Position numbers and translations under genes: made by a program
DNA from: an uncultured Bdellovibrionales bacterium
GTDB lineage: Bacteria; Pseudomonadota; Alphaproteobacteria; Micavibrionales; SZUA-601
Direction: 5' to 3'
Assembly (NCBI GenBank): GCA_964496065.1
Contig: CAZBXD010000004.1
Location: forward strand, 153 to 64,152
DNA: 64,000 nucleotides
Notes under the pieces: model-generated
Seen by the model: only the letters and a program-made list of their open reading frames with translations
Told to the model about the DNA's origin: nothing
Databases searched by the model: none
Part shown: positions 1-11,225 of the stretch, in pieces
Layout: the number at the start of each line of letters is the position of its first letter
Numbering within the stretch: the first letter of the stretch is position 1

Positions 1-2273
1 GCGATCAGCTGCACCAAAACCTCCAAGGCCTCGTGTAACGCCCAATGATCCCCGTCATCACTTGGCCGAAACCCACTGATCGCATTGCCGAGTTCGCGCA
101 AACGCGCCACCGAGGCGTTAAAATGAAATTTCTCCAGAGATTTGGTAAATTCGGCGATCGTGTAATGGGTGCTCTGACGCAGTTTAAGGGCATTTTCACT
201 CATTTGCGGTGTCTGTGCCCCGATTGCGGGAAGACTGTCCAAGTTTTGGGTGACTTGCCGCCAGAGTTTATTGACAAAACGCCAGGCGCCATCAATCCCG
301 GCTGTCGTCCATTCGAGATCTTTATCAGGTGGACTGTCTGATAGCACAAAGAATCGCGCGGCATCGGCGCCATAGCCATCGACAATCTCCGCCGGGTCAA
401 CGACATTTTTCTTTGATTTTGACATTTTGGTGACTGCACCGGCCTTCACCGCTGACCCATCATCCTGTTTGACCCATTGGCCTTTTTCCTGAATAACATC
501 GGTTGGAAACAGATATTTGCCATTTTTGTCTTGGAAGAAACGATGCGTGATCATCCCCTGGGTAAAAAGGCGCTTGAACGGCACAGAAGCCTCCAAATAG
601 CCGCAATCCCGCAAAGCACGGGTGAAAAACCGGGCATAGAGTAAATGCATGACTGCATGTTCGATGCCGCCAATATATTGATCAACTGGCAGCCATTTAT
701 CGACCAGTTTCCCGTCAAACGGCCTCTCTGTATTTTTGGGATCGACAAATCGGGCAAAATACCAAGAACTGTCCATAAAGGTGCCGAATGTGTCGGTTTC
801 GCGGGTTGCTTTGGCGCCACAACACGGGCAATCCACATGTTTCCAGGTTGGATGGGCATCGAGTGGATTACCACGCACATCAAAATCGACATCATAGGGC
901 AGGGTCACGGGGAGTTGATCCTCCGGCACCGGCACGACACCACATTCATCACAATGGATCACTGGGATCGGACAGCCCCAATAGCGTTGCCGGGAGATGC
1001 CCCAATCACGCAGGCGATATTGCGTTGTGCCAAAGCCAGAGCCAAGCGCTTCGACACGCTCAATCACTTCAGCCTTCGCGTCCTCAACGGAGAGGCCATC
1101 AATAAAATCGGAATTGCCGAGTTTACCATCGCCGGTATAGGCGGCATCGGTCAGGGTAAAGGTTGCAGCGTCTTCGCCGTCGGGAATAACAACTGGTTGA
1201 ATAGGGAGATTATATTTGGTGGCAAAGTCAAAATCGCGCTGATCATGGGCTGGCACGCCAAAGATTGCGCCGGTGCCATAATCCATCAGAATAAAATTCG
1301 CCAGATAGATCGGAAATTCTTTACCCGGCAGCAGGGGATGTGTGGCGGTGAACCCAGTATCAAAACCTTCCTTATCGGCGGTTTCCAACGCGGCCTCGGA
1401 TGTGCCCATGGCGCGGCATTTTTTAACAAATTCATCAAAGCCGGGTTTGTCACCGGCCAGAGTTTTGGCCAAGGGGTGATCCACGGATAATGCTAAGAAA
1501 GAACAGCCAAATAAGGTATCCGGGCGGGTGGTGAAAACCTCCAGCCCCTCATTTGCATCAGGGATGTTCCATTTAAATTGCAAACCCGAAGATTTACCAA
1601 TCCAATTACGTTGCATCAGCTTTACACGTTCCGGCCATTCGTCCAGGTCATCAATACTGTTAAGGAGTTCATCCGAATAATCGGTGATTTTTAAAAACCA
1701 TTGTTTGAGGACGCGTTTTTCAACTTCTGCGCCCGAGCGCCAGCCCTTGCCATCAATCACTTCTTCATTCGCCAGGACGCAGTTCTCTACCGGATCCCAA
1801 TTGACGCTGGACTCTTTCTGGTAAGCAATATCGTTTTTATAAAAATCAAGAAAGATTTTTTGCTGCTGGTGGTAATAGTCTTCATCACAGGTGGCAAATT
1901 CACGGTCCCAATCAAAAGACAGGCCAAGCGTTTTAAATTGCTCACGCATGGCATCAATATTAGCATAGGTCCAATCTTTTGGATGGGCATTATTATCAAA
2001 GGCGGCATTTTCCGCTGGCAAACCAAAGCCATCCCAGCCCATCGGATGCATCACGTCATAGCCCTGCGCCAGTTTATACCGACAAATGACATCGCCGATC
2101 GTATAGTTGCGGACATGGCCCATATGGAGACGCCCGGATGGATAGGGGAACATTTCCAGGACGTAATATTTTTCGCGTCCATCATTTTTCACCGCAAAGG
2201 TCCGGGCATCATCCCAGGCTTTTTGCCATTTCTCTTCTATGAGTCGGGCGTTATAACGAGAATCATCAGACAT
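1..2273 (-). CDS. leuS: leucyl-tRNA synthetase, partial (C-terminus beyond window edge)
   Basis: The reverse complement from 2273 reads [22 protein letters not shown]...[22 protein letters not shown] (HIGH-type motif). A KMSKSK motif is encoded at about 410-427 on the minus strand. The frame stays open to position 1. It is absent from the ORF track because it has no stop inside the window. Confidence 0.93.
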   Translation of the reverse strand, partial: MSDDSRYNARLIEEKWQKAWDDARTFAVKNDGREKYYVLEMFPYPSGRLHMGHVRNYTIGDVICRYKLAQGYDVMHPMGWDGFGLPAENAAFDNNAHPKDWTYANIDAMREQFKTLGLSFDWDREFATCDEDYYHQQQKIFLDFYKNDIAYQKESSVNWDPVENCVLANEEVIDGKGWRSGAEVEKRVLKQWFLKITDYSDELLNSIDDLDEWPERVKLMQRNWIGKSSGLQFKWNIPDANEGLEVFTTRPDTLFGCSFLALSVDHPLAKTLAGDKPGFDEFVKKCRAMGTSEAALETADKEGFDTGFTATHPLLPGKEFPIYLANFILMDYGTGAIFGVPAHDQRDFDFATKYNLPIQPVVIPDGEDAATFTLTDAAYTGDGKLGNSDFIDGLSVEDAKAEVIERVEALGSGFGTTQYRLRDWGISRQRYWGCPIPVIHCDECGVVPVPEDQLPVTLPYDVDFDVRGNPLDAHPTWKHVDCPCCGAKATRETDTFGTFMDSSWYFARFVDPKNTERPFDGKLVDKWLPVDQYIGGIEHAVMHLLYARFFTRALRDCGYLEASVPFKRLFTQGMITHRFFQDKNGKYLFPTDVIQEKGQWVKQDDGSAVKAGAVTKMSKSKKNVVDPAEIVDGYGADAARFFVLSDSPPDKDLEWTTAGIDGAWRFVNKLWRQVTQNLDSLPAIGAQTPQMSENALKLRQSTHYTIAEFTKSLEKFHFNASVARLRELGNAISGFRPSDDGDHWALHEALEVLVQLI

Positions 2274-2297
2274 GGTATTGTCCCTGCTAAAAAGGCT

Positions 2298-2819
2298 TTA
2301 ACGCCCGGTTTGGGCAACGCGGAGCTGACGGGCGCGGGTTAGGATCGTATCTTCAAGCTGCGTTGCGGTTGCCGGATCAACCGGTGCATCACGCCAAACA
2401 CCGTTTTTCTTAACCTGACGGAAAGTAGAAACGCGCACCCCATCGGAGCGCAGGGCTGTGCCGAGAATAATGACATTAACCTTGAGGCGTTCGCCTTTTT
2501 CAATATCGGGCTCATACCAATCGGTCAAAATTGTCCCGCCAAAGGGATCAGTGCTGGCCAAGGGCATAAAGGACACCGTATCCAGGGACGCACGCCACAG
2601 GTAAGCATTCACCCCAATACCGGCCCCACCACCTTGCGTAGGCTTGTCTTTAAACAGCTCCAGACCCCCTTCGCCAAAAATGCTTTCTCGCGCATCATTA
2701 TAGATTGTTGCCGAATCGTCGCCTTCTTGGCGGGTTGGGTATTCGGCAACGGGTTCAAGATTGGAGCAGCCAATAACAAGAAACGTCACGAGCAAAAGGG
2801 TAAGAAGACGGTGTGGCAT
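2298..2819 (-). CDS. DUF3576-like lipoprotein
   Basis: 173 aa with a signal peptide and lipobox (LVIGC). It contains GVNAYLWRASLDTVSFMPLASTDPFGG, typical of alphaproteobacterial DUF3576 lipoproteins that sit next to leuS. Confidence 0.7.
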   Translation of the reverse strand: MPHRLLTLLLVTFLVIGCSNLEPVAEYPTRQEGDDSATIYNDARESIFGEGGLELFKDKPTQGGGAGIGVNAYLWRASLDTVSFMPLASTDPFGGTILTDWYEPDIEKGERLKVNVIILGTALRSDGVRVSTFRQVKKNGVWRDAPVDPATATQLEDTILTRARQLRVAQTGR

Positions 2820-3125
2820 AGGGATTTGATCCTGGTTTTTGTTTTAAATAATAAAGAACCTTATTTTTAGCGTATTTTTCGTGGAATTCAACGGCAAAGT
2901 GTTAAAAGAGCTTTTAAAACTTGCCTCAAAACGGCAAAATTTTAACCAAATGGTAAGAAACCTGTTGCGTCAAAGACACAGGTTCGGCTTTTTCAGGCTA
3001 AAAAAGGCGTTTTCAGTTGACGGTTTTAGGGAGGGAGCGCTACCACTATACATGATCTTACCGGTGCGATCCGGATGGGTCGTACTATTAAATCTATCCA
3101 AAAACATTTCTTGGAGGAAATGACA

Positions 3126-4232
3126 ATGAAAAAATTTCTTTTAATGACAACGGCTGTTGCTGGTTTGGCTTTAACGCCTGCAGCTGCGCAAGCAGAAGTT
3201 GAACTTGACCTCGGCGGTTACTTTAAAGGGTATGCTGGCTACACAGATCAGGACACAACTGGAGTCACTGACTTTGCTATTAAGCGTGAAGCTGAACTTC
3301 ACTTTACTGGTGAAACAACTTTGGACAACGGTCTGACTATTGGTGCGCGTTTTGAAATCCAAACAGAAGCAGACGCTGCTGGTAATGACACGGAAGAATC
3401 ATACATGTACCTTTCAGGCAACTGGGGTCGTGTAAACTTCGGTGCTGAAGACGGTGCTGCATACTTGCTACAGATTGCTGCTCCTTCTGCAGACTCAAAC
3501 ATTGACGGTATTGACCCAGATATCGAATTTGTTAACTTCGCTACAACTGTTAATACGCCATTGCGCTATGAGTTGGCGCCGACGCAAGATGCTGATAAAG
3601 TCACATACCTGACACCAAAATTCTCTGGCTTCCAAGCTGGTGTTTCTTGGGCTGGCGACAGCATCCAAGACGGCCTAGGTTCTAATCTTACTGGTCAAAA
3701 TGGTGATTCATCAACTGGTACAGTTGGTGCGATCGGTGGTGACGTTGTAACAAACGCAACACTTTACGATGTTATTGAAGTTGCAGCGCGTTATGACGGC
3801 GAAGTGAACGGCGTTGGTTTCCATCTTGGTGGTGGTTTCGTGAACGCAGAAGTAACTGACGGTTCAGCGGATGACGGTAACTACGAAGCTTGGAATGTTG
3901 GTGCAAAGTTTGACATTGGCGCAGTTGGCGTTGGTGCATCTTACTCACAACGAGAAAACTTCACTGGTACTGGTGATGATTCTGACGTTTTGGTTGTTGG
4001 TGCTGACTACAAAACTGGCCCATACAAGTTTGGTGCATCATACTTCAACTCTGAAACTGACATCGGTGCAGCGAATGATGAAGTTGATCGCTACTCTGTT
4101 GGTGCTGGATACACTTACGGCCCAGGTATGAGTTTCCGTGGTTCTGTTCATGTTTATGACATTGACGACTCTACGGCTGCTGGCGACAACGATGCAACAG
4201 CATTTGTTGTTGGTACAGACATCCAGTTCTAA
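3126..4232 (+). CDS. outer-membrane porin (alphaproteobacterial porin family)
   Basis: GGAGG lies 8 nt upstream of the ATG at 3126. Signal peptide MKKFLLMTTAVAGLALTPAAAQA. Gly/Asp/Tyr-rich beta-strand pattern with a C-terminal Phe. Followed by a terminator. Confidence 0.85.
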   Translation: MKKFLLMTTAVAGLALTPAAAQAEVELDLGGYFKGYAGYTDQDTTGVTDFAIKREAELHFTGETTLDNGLTIGARFEIQTEADAAGNDTEESYMYLSGNWGRVNFGAEDGAAYLLQIAAPSADSNIDGIDPDIEFVNFATTVNTPLRYELAPTQDADKVTYLTPKFSGFQAGVSWAGDSIQDGLGSNLTGQNGDSSTGTVGAIGGDVVTNATLYDVIEVAARYDGEVNGVGFHLGGGFVNAEVTDGSADDGNYEAWNVGAKFDIGAVGVGASYSQRENFTGTGDDSDVLVVGADYKTGPYKFGASYFNSETDIGAANDEVDRYSVGAGYTYGPGMSFRGSVHVYDIDDSTAAGDNDATAFVVGTDIQF

Positions 4233-4256
4233 TTTCAGAACAGCTTAGAATTTAGG

Positions 4257-4285
4257 AAAAGGGCGCTTCGGCGCCCTTTTTATTT
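4257..4285 (+). terminator. rho-independent terminator after porin 1
   Basis: GGGCGC-TTCG-GCGCCC hairpin followed by a T-run. Confidence 0.8.
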
Positions 4286-4424
4286 ATTTGTCAGTTATTC
4301 TTACTGTTGTAAATTTATCTAACTTTTTTGATTTTTTCTGTCTATTCAGTGATTTATTCTTGCTTTTTAGTTTTTCCAATTGCTAGAACAGGGGTTAGAA
4401 ATTCACAGCTTTAGAGAGAAACAC

Positions 4425-5788
4425 ATGAAAAAACTTCTTTTAGCAACGACAGCACTTGCTGCTTTTACTTTCGTACCGGCTATAGCCCAGGCGGATCCGT
4501 CATCATGGTCTTCTGATCACCGTTTCATTGGCTATAACGATGATATCGAGGGGGGGGGATTTATTCAGATGTTGATTTGGATTTCACCTGGTCACAAACC
4601 TTGGATAATGGCTTGACCATTACATCAACATTTGACTTGGATTCAGAAGACGATGGTCGCTCTAACCTTGGGTCAGAAGTAAAAAAATCTGATCTTGAAA
4701 AGGCGGCAGAAGTTTTAATGGCGGATGAACCAGTTGCATCAAAAGATAAATCAAGAGAAGAGAGTGGTTTTTCGGTCGGTTTAGAAGGCTTTTTTACCGG
4801 CTATGCGCTTTACTCTGATCAAGATGCAGCAGATGTCGATAATTTTGGGCTCAAGCGTGATGCGGAAATTCATATCCAGCCCCGTCTTGTTGCTGATAAT
4901 GGGCTTACTTTTGGCGTCCAAGTTGAAGTTGAATTAGAAAATGATGAAGCGGAAAATGATATTGATGAATCCTTTCTCTTTATCCAAGGAAATTTTGGAC
5001 AATTTCGTTTTGGGGCTGAAGATGGTGCGGTTCATTTGAACCAAGTTGTTTTGCCATCAGCCGACGCAAAAATTTACGGAGTTGATCCAAAAATTAATGG
5101 TTTCAACTATGCGGGCACATTTGATGCGCCGCGGACCTATAGTTTACGTCCAACTGGAAACGCGGATAAAGTGACCTATTTCACGCCACGCGTATTTGGG
5201 TTTCAAATCGGAACTTCCTATGCAGGAGATAGTATTCAAGACAATATTGGCTCTGGCCTGCTCGGACAAGAGGTTGATGAATCAGCTTCTGTAGCTGGGA
5301 CAATCCATGATGTTGTTGAGGGATCAATTCGTTGGGATGGGGGTTTCGCTAATCTTGGCGGGATTTCCTTGAGCGGTGGCTATATCTCGGGCGATCAATC
5401 CGACGCATCAGCCGATCCGGGTAATTACGATTCATGGAATACAGCTCTTCGTTATGCGGGAGAGTTTGGTGCATTCCGGGTTGCGGCTGGCGTATCTTAT
5501 GCTGAAGAAGAAAATCGAACTGGTTTTGGTGAAGATTCAGATATTTTTGCAGCGGGTCTTTCACTTGGAACAGGACCGTGGACTTTTGGTCTTAATTATT
5601 TTAATTCTGAAGCCGATATAGCAGCAACAACAGATGAGCTTGATATTTTTGCCTTGGGCTTGAATTATAAGCTTGCCCAGGGTGTTAAATTATCAACATC
5701 TTTTGGGATGTATGATGCTGATGATAACGTTGCGGCGGGTGACAATGATGGTTTTGTCGTTGGAACCGGTATTGGTCTGAGTTTTTAA
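4425..5788 (+). pseudogene. porin paralog split by a frameshift at a G9 tract (OFF-phase, pseudogene or sequencing error)
   Basis: ORF 4380-4616 carries the signal peptide MKKLLLATTALAAFTFVPAIAQA (ATG at 4425). ORF 4577-5788 carries the porin body and C-terminal Phe in a different frame. Adding one G (G10) or removing two (G7) joins them as ...DDIEGGGIYSDVDLDFTWSQTLDNGLTI... Confidence 0.8.
4550..4558 (+). repeat. poly-G homopolymer (9 G) inside the porin coding sequence
   Basis: Read directly: gatatcga-GGGGGGGGG-atttattc. It is the longest G/C homopolymer I saw in the window. Confidence 0.95.
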
Positions 5789-5807
5789 GGCAATATTTTT
5801 AAAGTTT

Positions 5808-5836
5808 AAAGGGCGCTTTTTAGTGCCCTTTTTATT
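5808..5836 (+). terminator. rho-independent terminator after porin 2
   Basis: GGGCGC...GTGCCC hairpin followed by TTTTTATTTT. Confidence 0.7.
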
Positions 5837-5957
5837 TTGTTTTAAACACTTTAAGGCTTTTTCAAAGCGAATCAGGTAAAGTTTATTAAGTGTGAGTGTT
5901 GCTATCATCGGTTAAGCATTGTAGTTTCTCTGGGAGAAACATTTTTGATTTTTCTAA

Positions 5958-7037
<1,080 letters not shown>

Positions 7038-7057
7038 TAAAGGGTCAGAGAGGTTTT

Positions 7058-7924
7058 ATGAATCACCCTAAACGCCATCGTACATCAACCGCCAAGGTAT
7101 TTTTATACTATTGGCCCCGCCGCTTTTTAGGTGAAAAAGCGACAACGATTATGTATCTGGGTCTTGCGCTTGTTTTGATGGCGGTCTCTCAAATGCATAG
7201 TGGCTTTGCTGCCTCAAGTCGGATGGTGGTTTATGACGTAGTTTCTCCCCTGATGCAGGTTGTTTCAAAACCATTTCAGGCTGCAAGTCAGGGATTTAAT
7301 CATGTGACGGGATTATCTGATTTAGTGACGAAAAATGAACGTCTGCGCCTTGAGAACGAGAGGTTAAGACAATGGTATGATCATGCGTTACGCTTAGAGG
7401 CTGAAAATAAAAGTTTGAAATCTTTGGTTAATCTGACTGATTTACCACGTTATACTCATGTTGCGGCACGGGTGATTGCCGATACTGGTGGTGCTTTTGC
7501 TCAATCAGTCATGATCGATGCCGGGCAAAGCAGTGGGGTGAAGGAACAGTTTGCTGCACTGACTGGCGAGGGACTTGTCGGGCGTGTTATTGAATCCGGA
7601 CGTTGGGCGTCACGCGTGCTTTTACTGACAGATTCGAACTCACGGGTTCCCGTTTTGATTGAACAGTCCCGCCATCGTGCCGTGATTGCGGGTAATAATA
7701 CATCACAGATGACGTTACTTTATTTGCCAGATGATGCGAGTGTTTTTGTTGGTCAGCGCGTCGTTACCTCTGGTCATGGTGGAATTTTTTCTGCAGGGAT
7801 TCCAGTCGGGATTATTACCCAAGTAGGGGCACAGGGAATAAAGGTTGAGCCAATTGTTGATCTGAAACGGGTTGAGCATATGCAGTTAATTGATTTTGGC
7901 CGAACGGTGGCCTTTAACCAATAA
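7058..7924 (+). CDS. mreC: rod shape-determining protein MreC
   Basis: 288 aa with an N-terminal TM segment, a coiled coil (NERLRLENERLRQW) and a GLVGRV beta-domain. Located after mreB. Confidence 0.9.
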   Translation: MNHPKRHRTSTAKVFLYYWPRRFLGEKATTIMYLGLALVLMAVSQMHSGFAASSRMVVYDVVSPLMQVVSKPFQAASQGFNHVTGLSDLVTKNERLRLENERLRQWYDHALRLEAENKSLKSLVNLTDLPRYTHVAARVIADTGGAFAQSVMIDAGQSSGVKEQFAALTGEGLVGRVIESGRWASRVLLLTDSNSRVPVLIEQSRHRAVIAGNNTSQMTLLYLPDDASVFVGQRVVTSGHGGIFSAGIPVGIITQVGAQGIKVEPIVDLKRVEHMQLIDFGRTVAFNQ

Positions 7925-8454
7925 TGCGTCTTTTTGGCCATTCTTCGTCTTTCGCTGCGATATTTTGGGCGGCTGTCCCGTTTTTAGTGATTGTGGTATT
8001 GATTCTTCTGACACTTATCCCGGCTCAACTCCCTCTCAACGCAACCAATCTCCCTTTCCCGTTATTGGCAATTTTTTATTGGGCGGTATTTCGTCCAGAA
8101 TCCGTATCTGTTGGGGTTATTTTTGTTGCAGGACTTTTGGTTGATTTTCTCAGTGGGTCATCAATTGGTATGCATACGTTTTTGTATGTTTTAATTTTTT
8201 CCATCAGTAAAGGTCAAAGACGATTTTTAATCGGGCAGGGATTTTTGACATTATGGGTATCCTTTTTCCTTGTTTGTGTTTTGCATCAGGCGGTATTGTG
8301 GGGGGTGTACCATTTGCTTCAAAAGGGGGTGGCTGTTGCCTTTTTCCCGCTATTATTTAGCGGGGCCATTGTTGCTGCCCTGCTCCCTGTATCTTTTCCA
8401 GTTTTAGCCACATTAAATAAACGTCTGGATGACGCAGAAGATGAGGCGCTTTGA
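7924..8454 (+). CDS. mreD: rod shape-determining protein MreD
   Basis: 176 aa polytopic membrane protein. Its start overlaps the mreC stop, and it sits in the mreBCD position. Confidence 0.75.
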   Translation: MRLFGHSSSFAAIFWAAVPFLVIVVLILLTLIPAQLPLNATNLPFPLLAIFYWAVFRPESVSVGVIFVAGLLVDFLSGSSIGMHTFLYVLIFSISKGQRRFLIGQGFLTLWVSFFLVCVLHQAVLWGVYHLLQKGVAVAFFPLLFSGAIVAALLPVSFPVLATLNKRLDDAEDEAL

Positions 8455-8500
8455 ATATTAAAACTTTCCCTGTTGTCTGATCCACGGTAAAACAAAATCT

Positions 8501-10312
8501 ATGGATCGATTTAAAGAGAATGCAAAATTATTTACGCGCCGCACACTGATCGTTGCCGGCATTAAGCTGTCGCTTTTTGCTGGGTTGATTGGGCGGCTGT
8601 TCTATCTACAGGTCGTCAAAAAAGACACTTATACGATGATGGCAGAAGACAATCGGATTAATATAAAACTCCTGGCGCCTGACCGTGGACAAATCTTTGA
8701 TCGTTTTAATGTGCCAATGGCCACTAATCAGCAAAATTTTCAACTCCTTCTTATTCCAGAGCGAGTTAGTGATGTCGATGCAACTCTTAACGCTTTGTCA
8801 CGCATTGTCCCCGTTCCACAAGAGCAGCGAAAAACGATTATCAAACGGATACAGTCTCAGCCGCGCTTTATGCCAGTGACAGCAGCAACGTCGTTATCTT
8901 GGGAACAATTGGCTGAAATTGAAGTTAACCTTCCTAATTTACCGGGCATAGTCATTGATGAAGGGAAGCGTCGCTTTTATCCACTTAATGCGGCTACGGC
9001 CCATACGGTTGGTTATGTTGGGCGGGTCAATGAAAAAGAATTGACCGGGGATCCGATATTAACACTCCCTGGTTTTCAAATTGGTAAAAGCGGGATTGAA
9101 AAACAGTATGATAAATTGTTGCAGGGGTTTCCTGGACGAACTAGCCAGGAGGTTAATGCTGCTGGGCGCCAAGTGCGAGAATTAACACGGCAAAATCCAG
9201 AAAAAGGTCAGGATATTCAACTCACGCTTGATGTAGAGTTACAAATTTTTACCCAAAACCGCTTGGCTGAGGAACGGAGCGCATCGGCTGTGCTTATGGA
9301 TGTACATAGCGGTGCTGTTTATACTTTGGCATCGTCTCCTGGGTTTGACCCCAATATTTTTACTGAGCCGATTCCTCACGATGTATGGAAGGGCTTGATG
9401 AATGATGAAGCGGCGCCATTAACGCATAAGGCAATCAGTGGTCAGTACCCCCCAGGCAGTACGTTTAAAATGGTGACATCTCTGGCCGCGCTTGAGGCTG
9501 GAATATCGCCAAAATTTACAGCCTATTGCCCCGGGCATATGGATCTTGGTAATCATCGATTTCACTGTTGGAAACGCGGTGGCCATGGGTGGTGTGGCCA
9601 TGAAAAAGCTCTCCAACAATCTTGCGATGTCTTTTTTTATGAACTCTCAAAAGAGGTTGGGATCGAAAATATTGCAAAGATGGCGCGCCGCCTTGGACTG
9701 GGAGAGGTTTTAGGTATTGATATTCCTGGTGAAAAAGCAGGACTGATTCCCAATAAACAGTGGAAACGTGGCCGTTTTAGTAAAGATTGGCAAGTGGGTG
9801 AGACTGTGATTGCCAGTATCGGTCAAGGCTATTTACAAGCCACACCGTTACAGCTCGTGACTATGATGGCACGGATGGTTAATGGCGGATATAAGGTTTC
9901 ACCCTACTTAGTGCAATCAGTTGGTGGTGTAGTTAAACAAGCGCCGCGCCCAGAAAGTTTAGATCTGAACCCAGATCATATTGAGCTTGTTAAACGGGGC
10001 ATGGATATGGCAGTGAATACCCCTAAGGGGACGGCATATACGTCGCGTATTTTGGAGGATCGCTTTAAAATGGCGGGTAAAACCGGGACATCTCAAGTAC
10101 GCCGGATCACGATGGAAGAGCGCCGCCGCGGGATTAAGATGGAAGATTTACCATGGAAATTTCAACATCATGCCTTATTTACGGGATATGCTCCCTTGGA
10201 TAAACCACAATTCGCGGTGGCTGTGGTTGTTGAGCATGGGGGAAGCGGATCAAAAACGGCAGCGCCGATCGTGCGTGATATTTTACTAGAGGCCCAAAAG
10301 CGTCTTCTATAG
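8501..10312 (+). CDS. mrdA: penicillin-binding protein 2 (elongasome transpeptidase)
   Basis: 603 aa with an N-terminal anchor. Motifs STFK (PGSTFKMV), SCD and KTGT are present. Confidence 0.93.
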   Translation: MDRFKENAKLFTRRTLIVAGIKLSLFAGLIGRLFYLQVVKKDTYTMMAEDNRINIKLLAPDRGQIFDRFNVPMATNQQNFQLLLIPERVSDVDATLNALSRIVPVPQEQRKTIIKRIQSQPRFMPVTAATSLSWEQLAEIEVNLPNLPGIVIDEGKRRFYPLNAATAHTVGYVGRVNEKELTGDPILTLPGFQIGKSGIEKQYDKLLQGFPGRTSQEVNAAGRQVRELTRQNPEKGQDIQLTLDVELQIFTQNRLAEERSASAVLMDVHSGAVYTLASSPGFDPNIFTEPIPHDVWKGLMNDEAAPLTHKAISGQYPPGSTFKMVTSLAALEAGISPKFTAYCPGHMDLGNHRFHCWKRGGHGWCGHEKALQQSCDVFFYELSKEVGIENIAKMARRLGLGEVLGIDIPGEKAGLIPNKQWKRGRFSKDWQVGETVIASIGQGYLQATPLQLVTMMARMVNGGYKVSPYLVQSVGGVVKQAPRPESLDLNPDHIELVKRGMDMAVNTPKGTAYTSRILEDRFKMAGKTGTSQVRRITMEERRRGIKMEDLPWKFQHHALFTGYAPLDKPQFAVAVVVEHGGSGSKTAAPIVRDILLEAQKRLL

Positions 10313-11059
10313 TTTTTTAGTATAAACTACGCGTGCGACAGTTAAAACATTGACCGCTTTGGCCCCGTGATTGAGCAATGCTTTGGCGCATTCATTAACC
10401 GTTGATCCGGTTGTATAGACGTCGTCAATTAGCGTGATGGTTTTTCCTTTAATCTGAGCTTTGTCTTTGTCCAAGACGTAAAAGGCACGACGAACGTTTT
10501 TTTGCCGAGCTTTTTTGTCGCCCTGTTGCGGTGGTGTGTGGCGTTGGCGCCTTAACACACCATCGAGTGTAGGCAGACCAGTTTTTCTTGCTAGGTGGCG
10601 CGACAAAACTGCGGATTGATTAAACTTTCGTTTCAGACGGCGCAAGAGATGAAGCGGTACTGGCATTAACAGGTCAGTTTTATCCAAAATTTCCCCGCCG
10701 GTATTGTGAAGCCAGCTTGCAAGCAGAGGGGCGACTTCCAAGCGATCACCATATTTCAATCGCAAAATAAGAGATTTTGATGCCTCGTTATATACCACAG
10801 CTGAGCGACAGGTTTGAAAATGGGGGTGATCGTGTAGGCATTGGGAACACAGAAGTTTACCCGGTGTTTTATGGGCGAAAGGCACGCCACAACCGTGACA
10901 AAAGGGGGCATCAATAAAATGAATATTGGCCCAATAGTGTGGAGCAATCATGCCTTGATGATCAACGGGTTCCCCCGAGATCAGGCAATGCGGCGGCAAA
11001 AGAAAATTAAGAATTTTTGTTGCCATTAGGTGGGTATTCGTTACAATTTTGCTAACCAT
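10307..11059 (-). CDS. ComF family protein (phosphoribosyltransferase domain)
   Basis: Double Cys pairs (CHGCG...CSQC) plus the PRTase motif ITLIDDVYTTGSTV. The true start may be an internal Met (MATKILNFLLPPHC). Confidence 0.8.
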   Translation of the reverse strand: MVSKIVTNTHLMATKILNFLLPPHCLISGEPVDHQGMIAPHYWANIHFIDAPFCHGCGVPFAHKTPGKLLCSQCLHDHPHFQTCRSAVVYNEASKSLILRLKYGDRLEVAPLLASWLHNTGGEILDKTDLLMPVPLHLLRRLKRKFNQSAVLSRHLARKTGLPTLDGVLRRQRHTPPQQGDKKARQKNVRRAFYVLDKDKAQIKGKTITLIDDVYTTGSTVNECAKALLNHGAKAVNVLTVARVVYTKKL

Positions 11060-11225
11060 GTTTGCGCAATATCTGGGTGAGCACCACTACTGGGATGAGT
11101 ATAAAGCGCTTCCTTCTCCTCAGGCAAGGAATAGCTGAGATTTTTAATGGTTTAGAGAACACATTAAAAGATTTTACGCTCATAATATGATTTAATATTT
11201 GGGCAAAATTCGTTAAGGTTACGCC

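Noticed and set aside
645-2342. Long plus-strand ORFs (645-1490, 788-1105, 1701-2342) in the ORF track.
   Set aside because: They lie antisense to or out of frame with the clear leuS coding sequence (HMGH and KMSKS motifs on the minus strand). Their low-complexity, odd composition marks them as shadow ORFs.
2881-3123. 80-aa GTG-initiated ORF upstream of porin 1, and a hairpin with a T-run at about 2960-2998.
   Set aside because: The ORF has no RBS, an odd basic composition and overlaps the porin leader. The hairpin is short (7 bp) with a long loop. This is not enough to call a gene or an sRNA.
5924-5953. GTTTCTC-TGG-GAGAAAC hairpin followed by ATTTTTGATTTTT, about 45 nt upstream of mreB.
   Set aside because: The stem is short and AT-rich, in an AT-rich intergenic region just after the porin-2 terminator. 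It could be a secondary terminator or chance. It is not strong enough to propose an attenuator.
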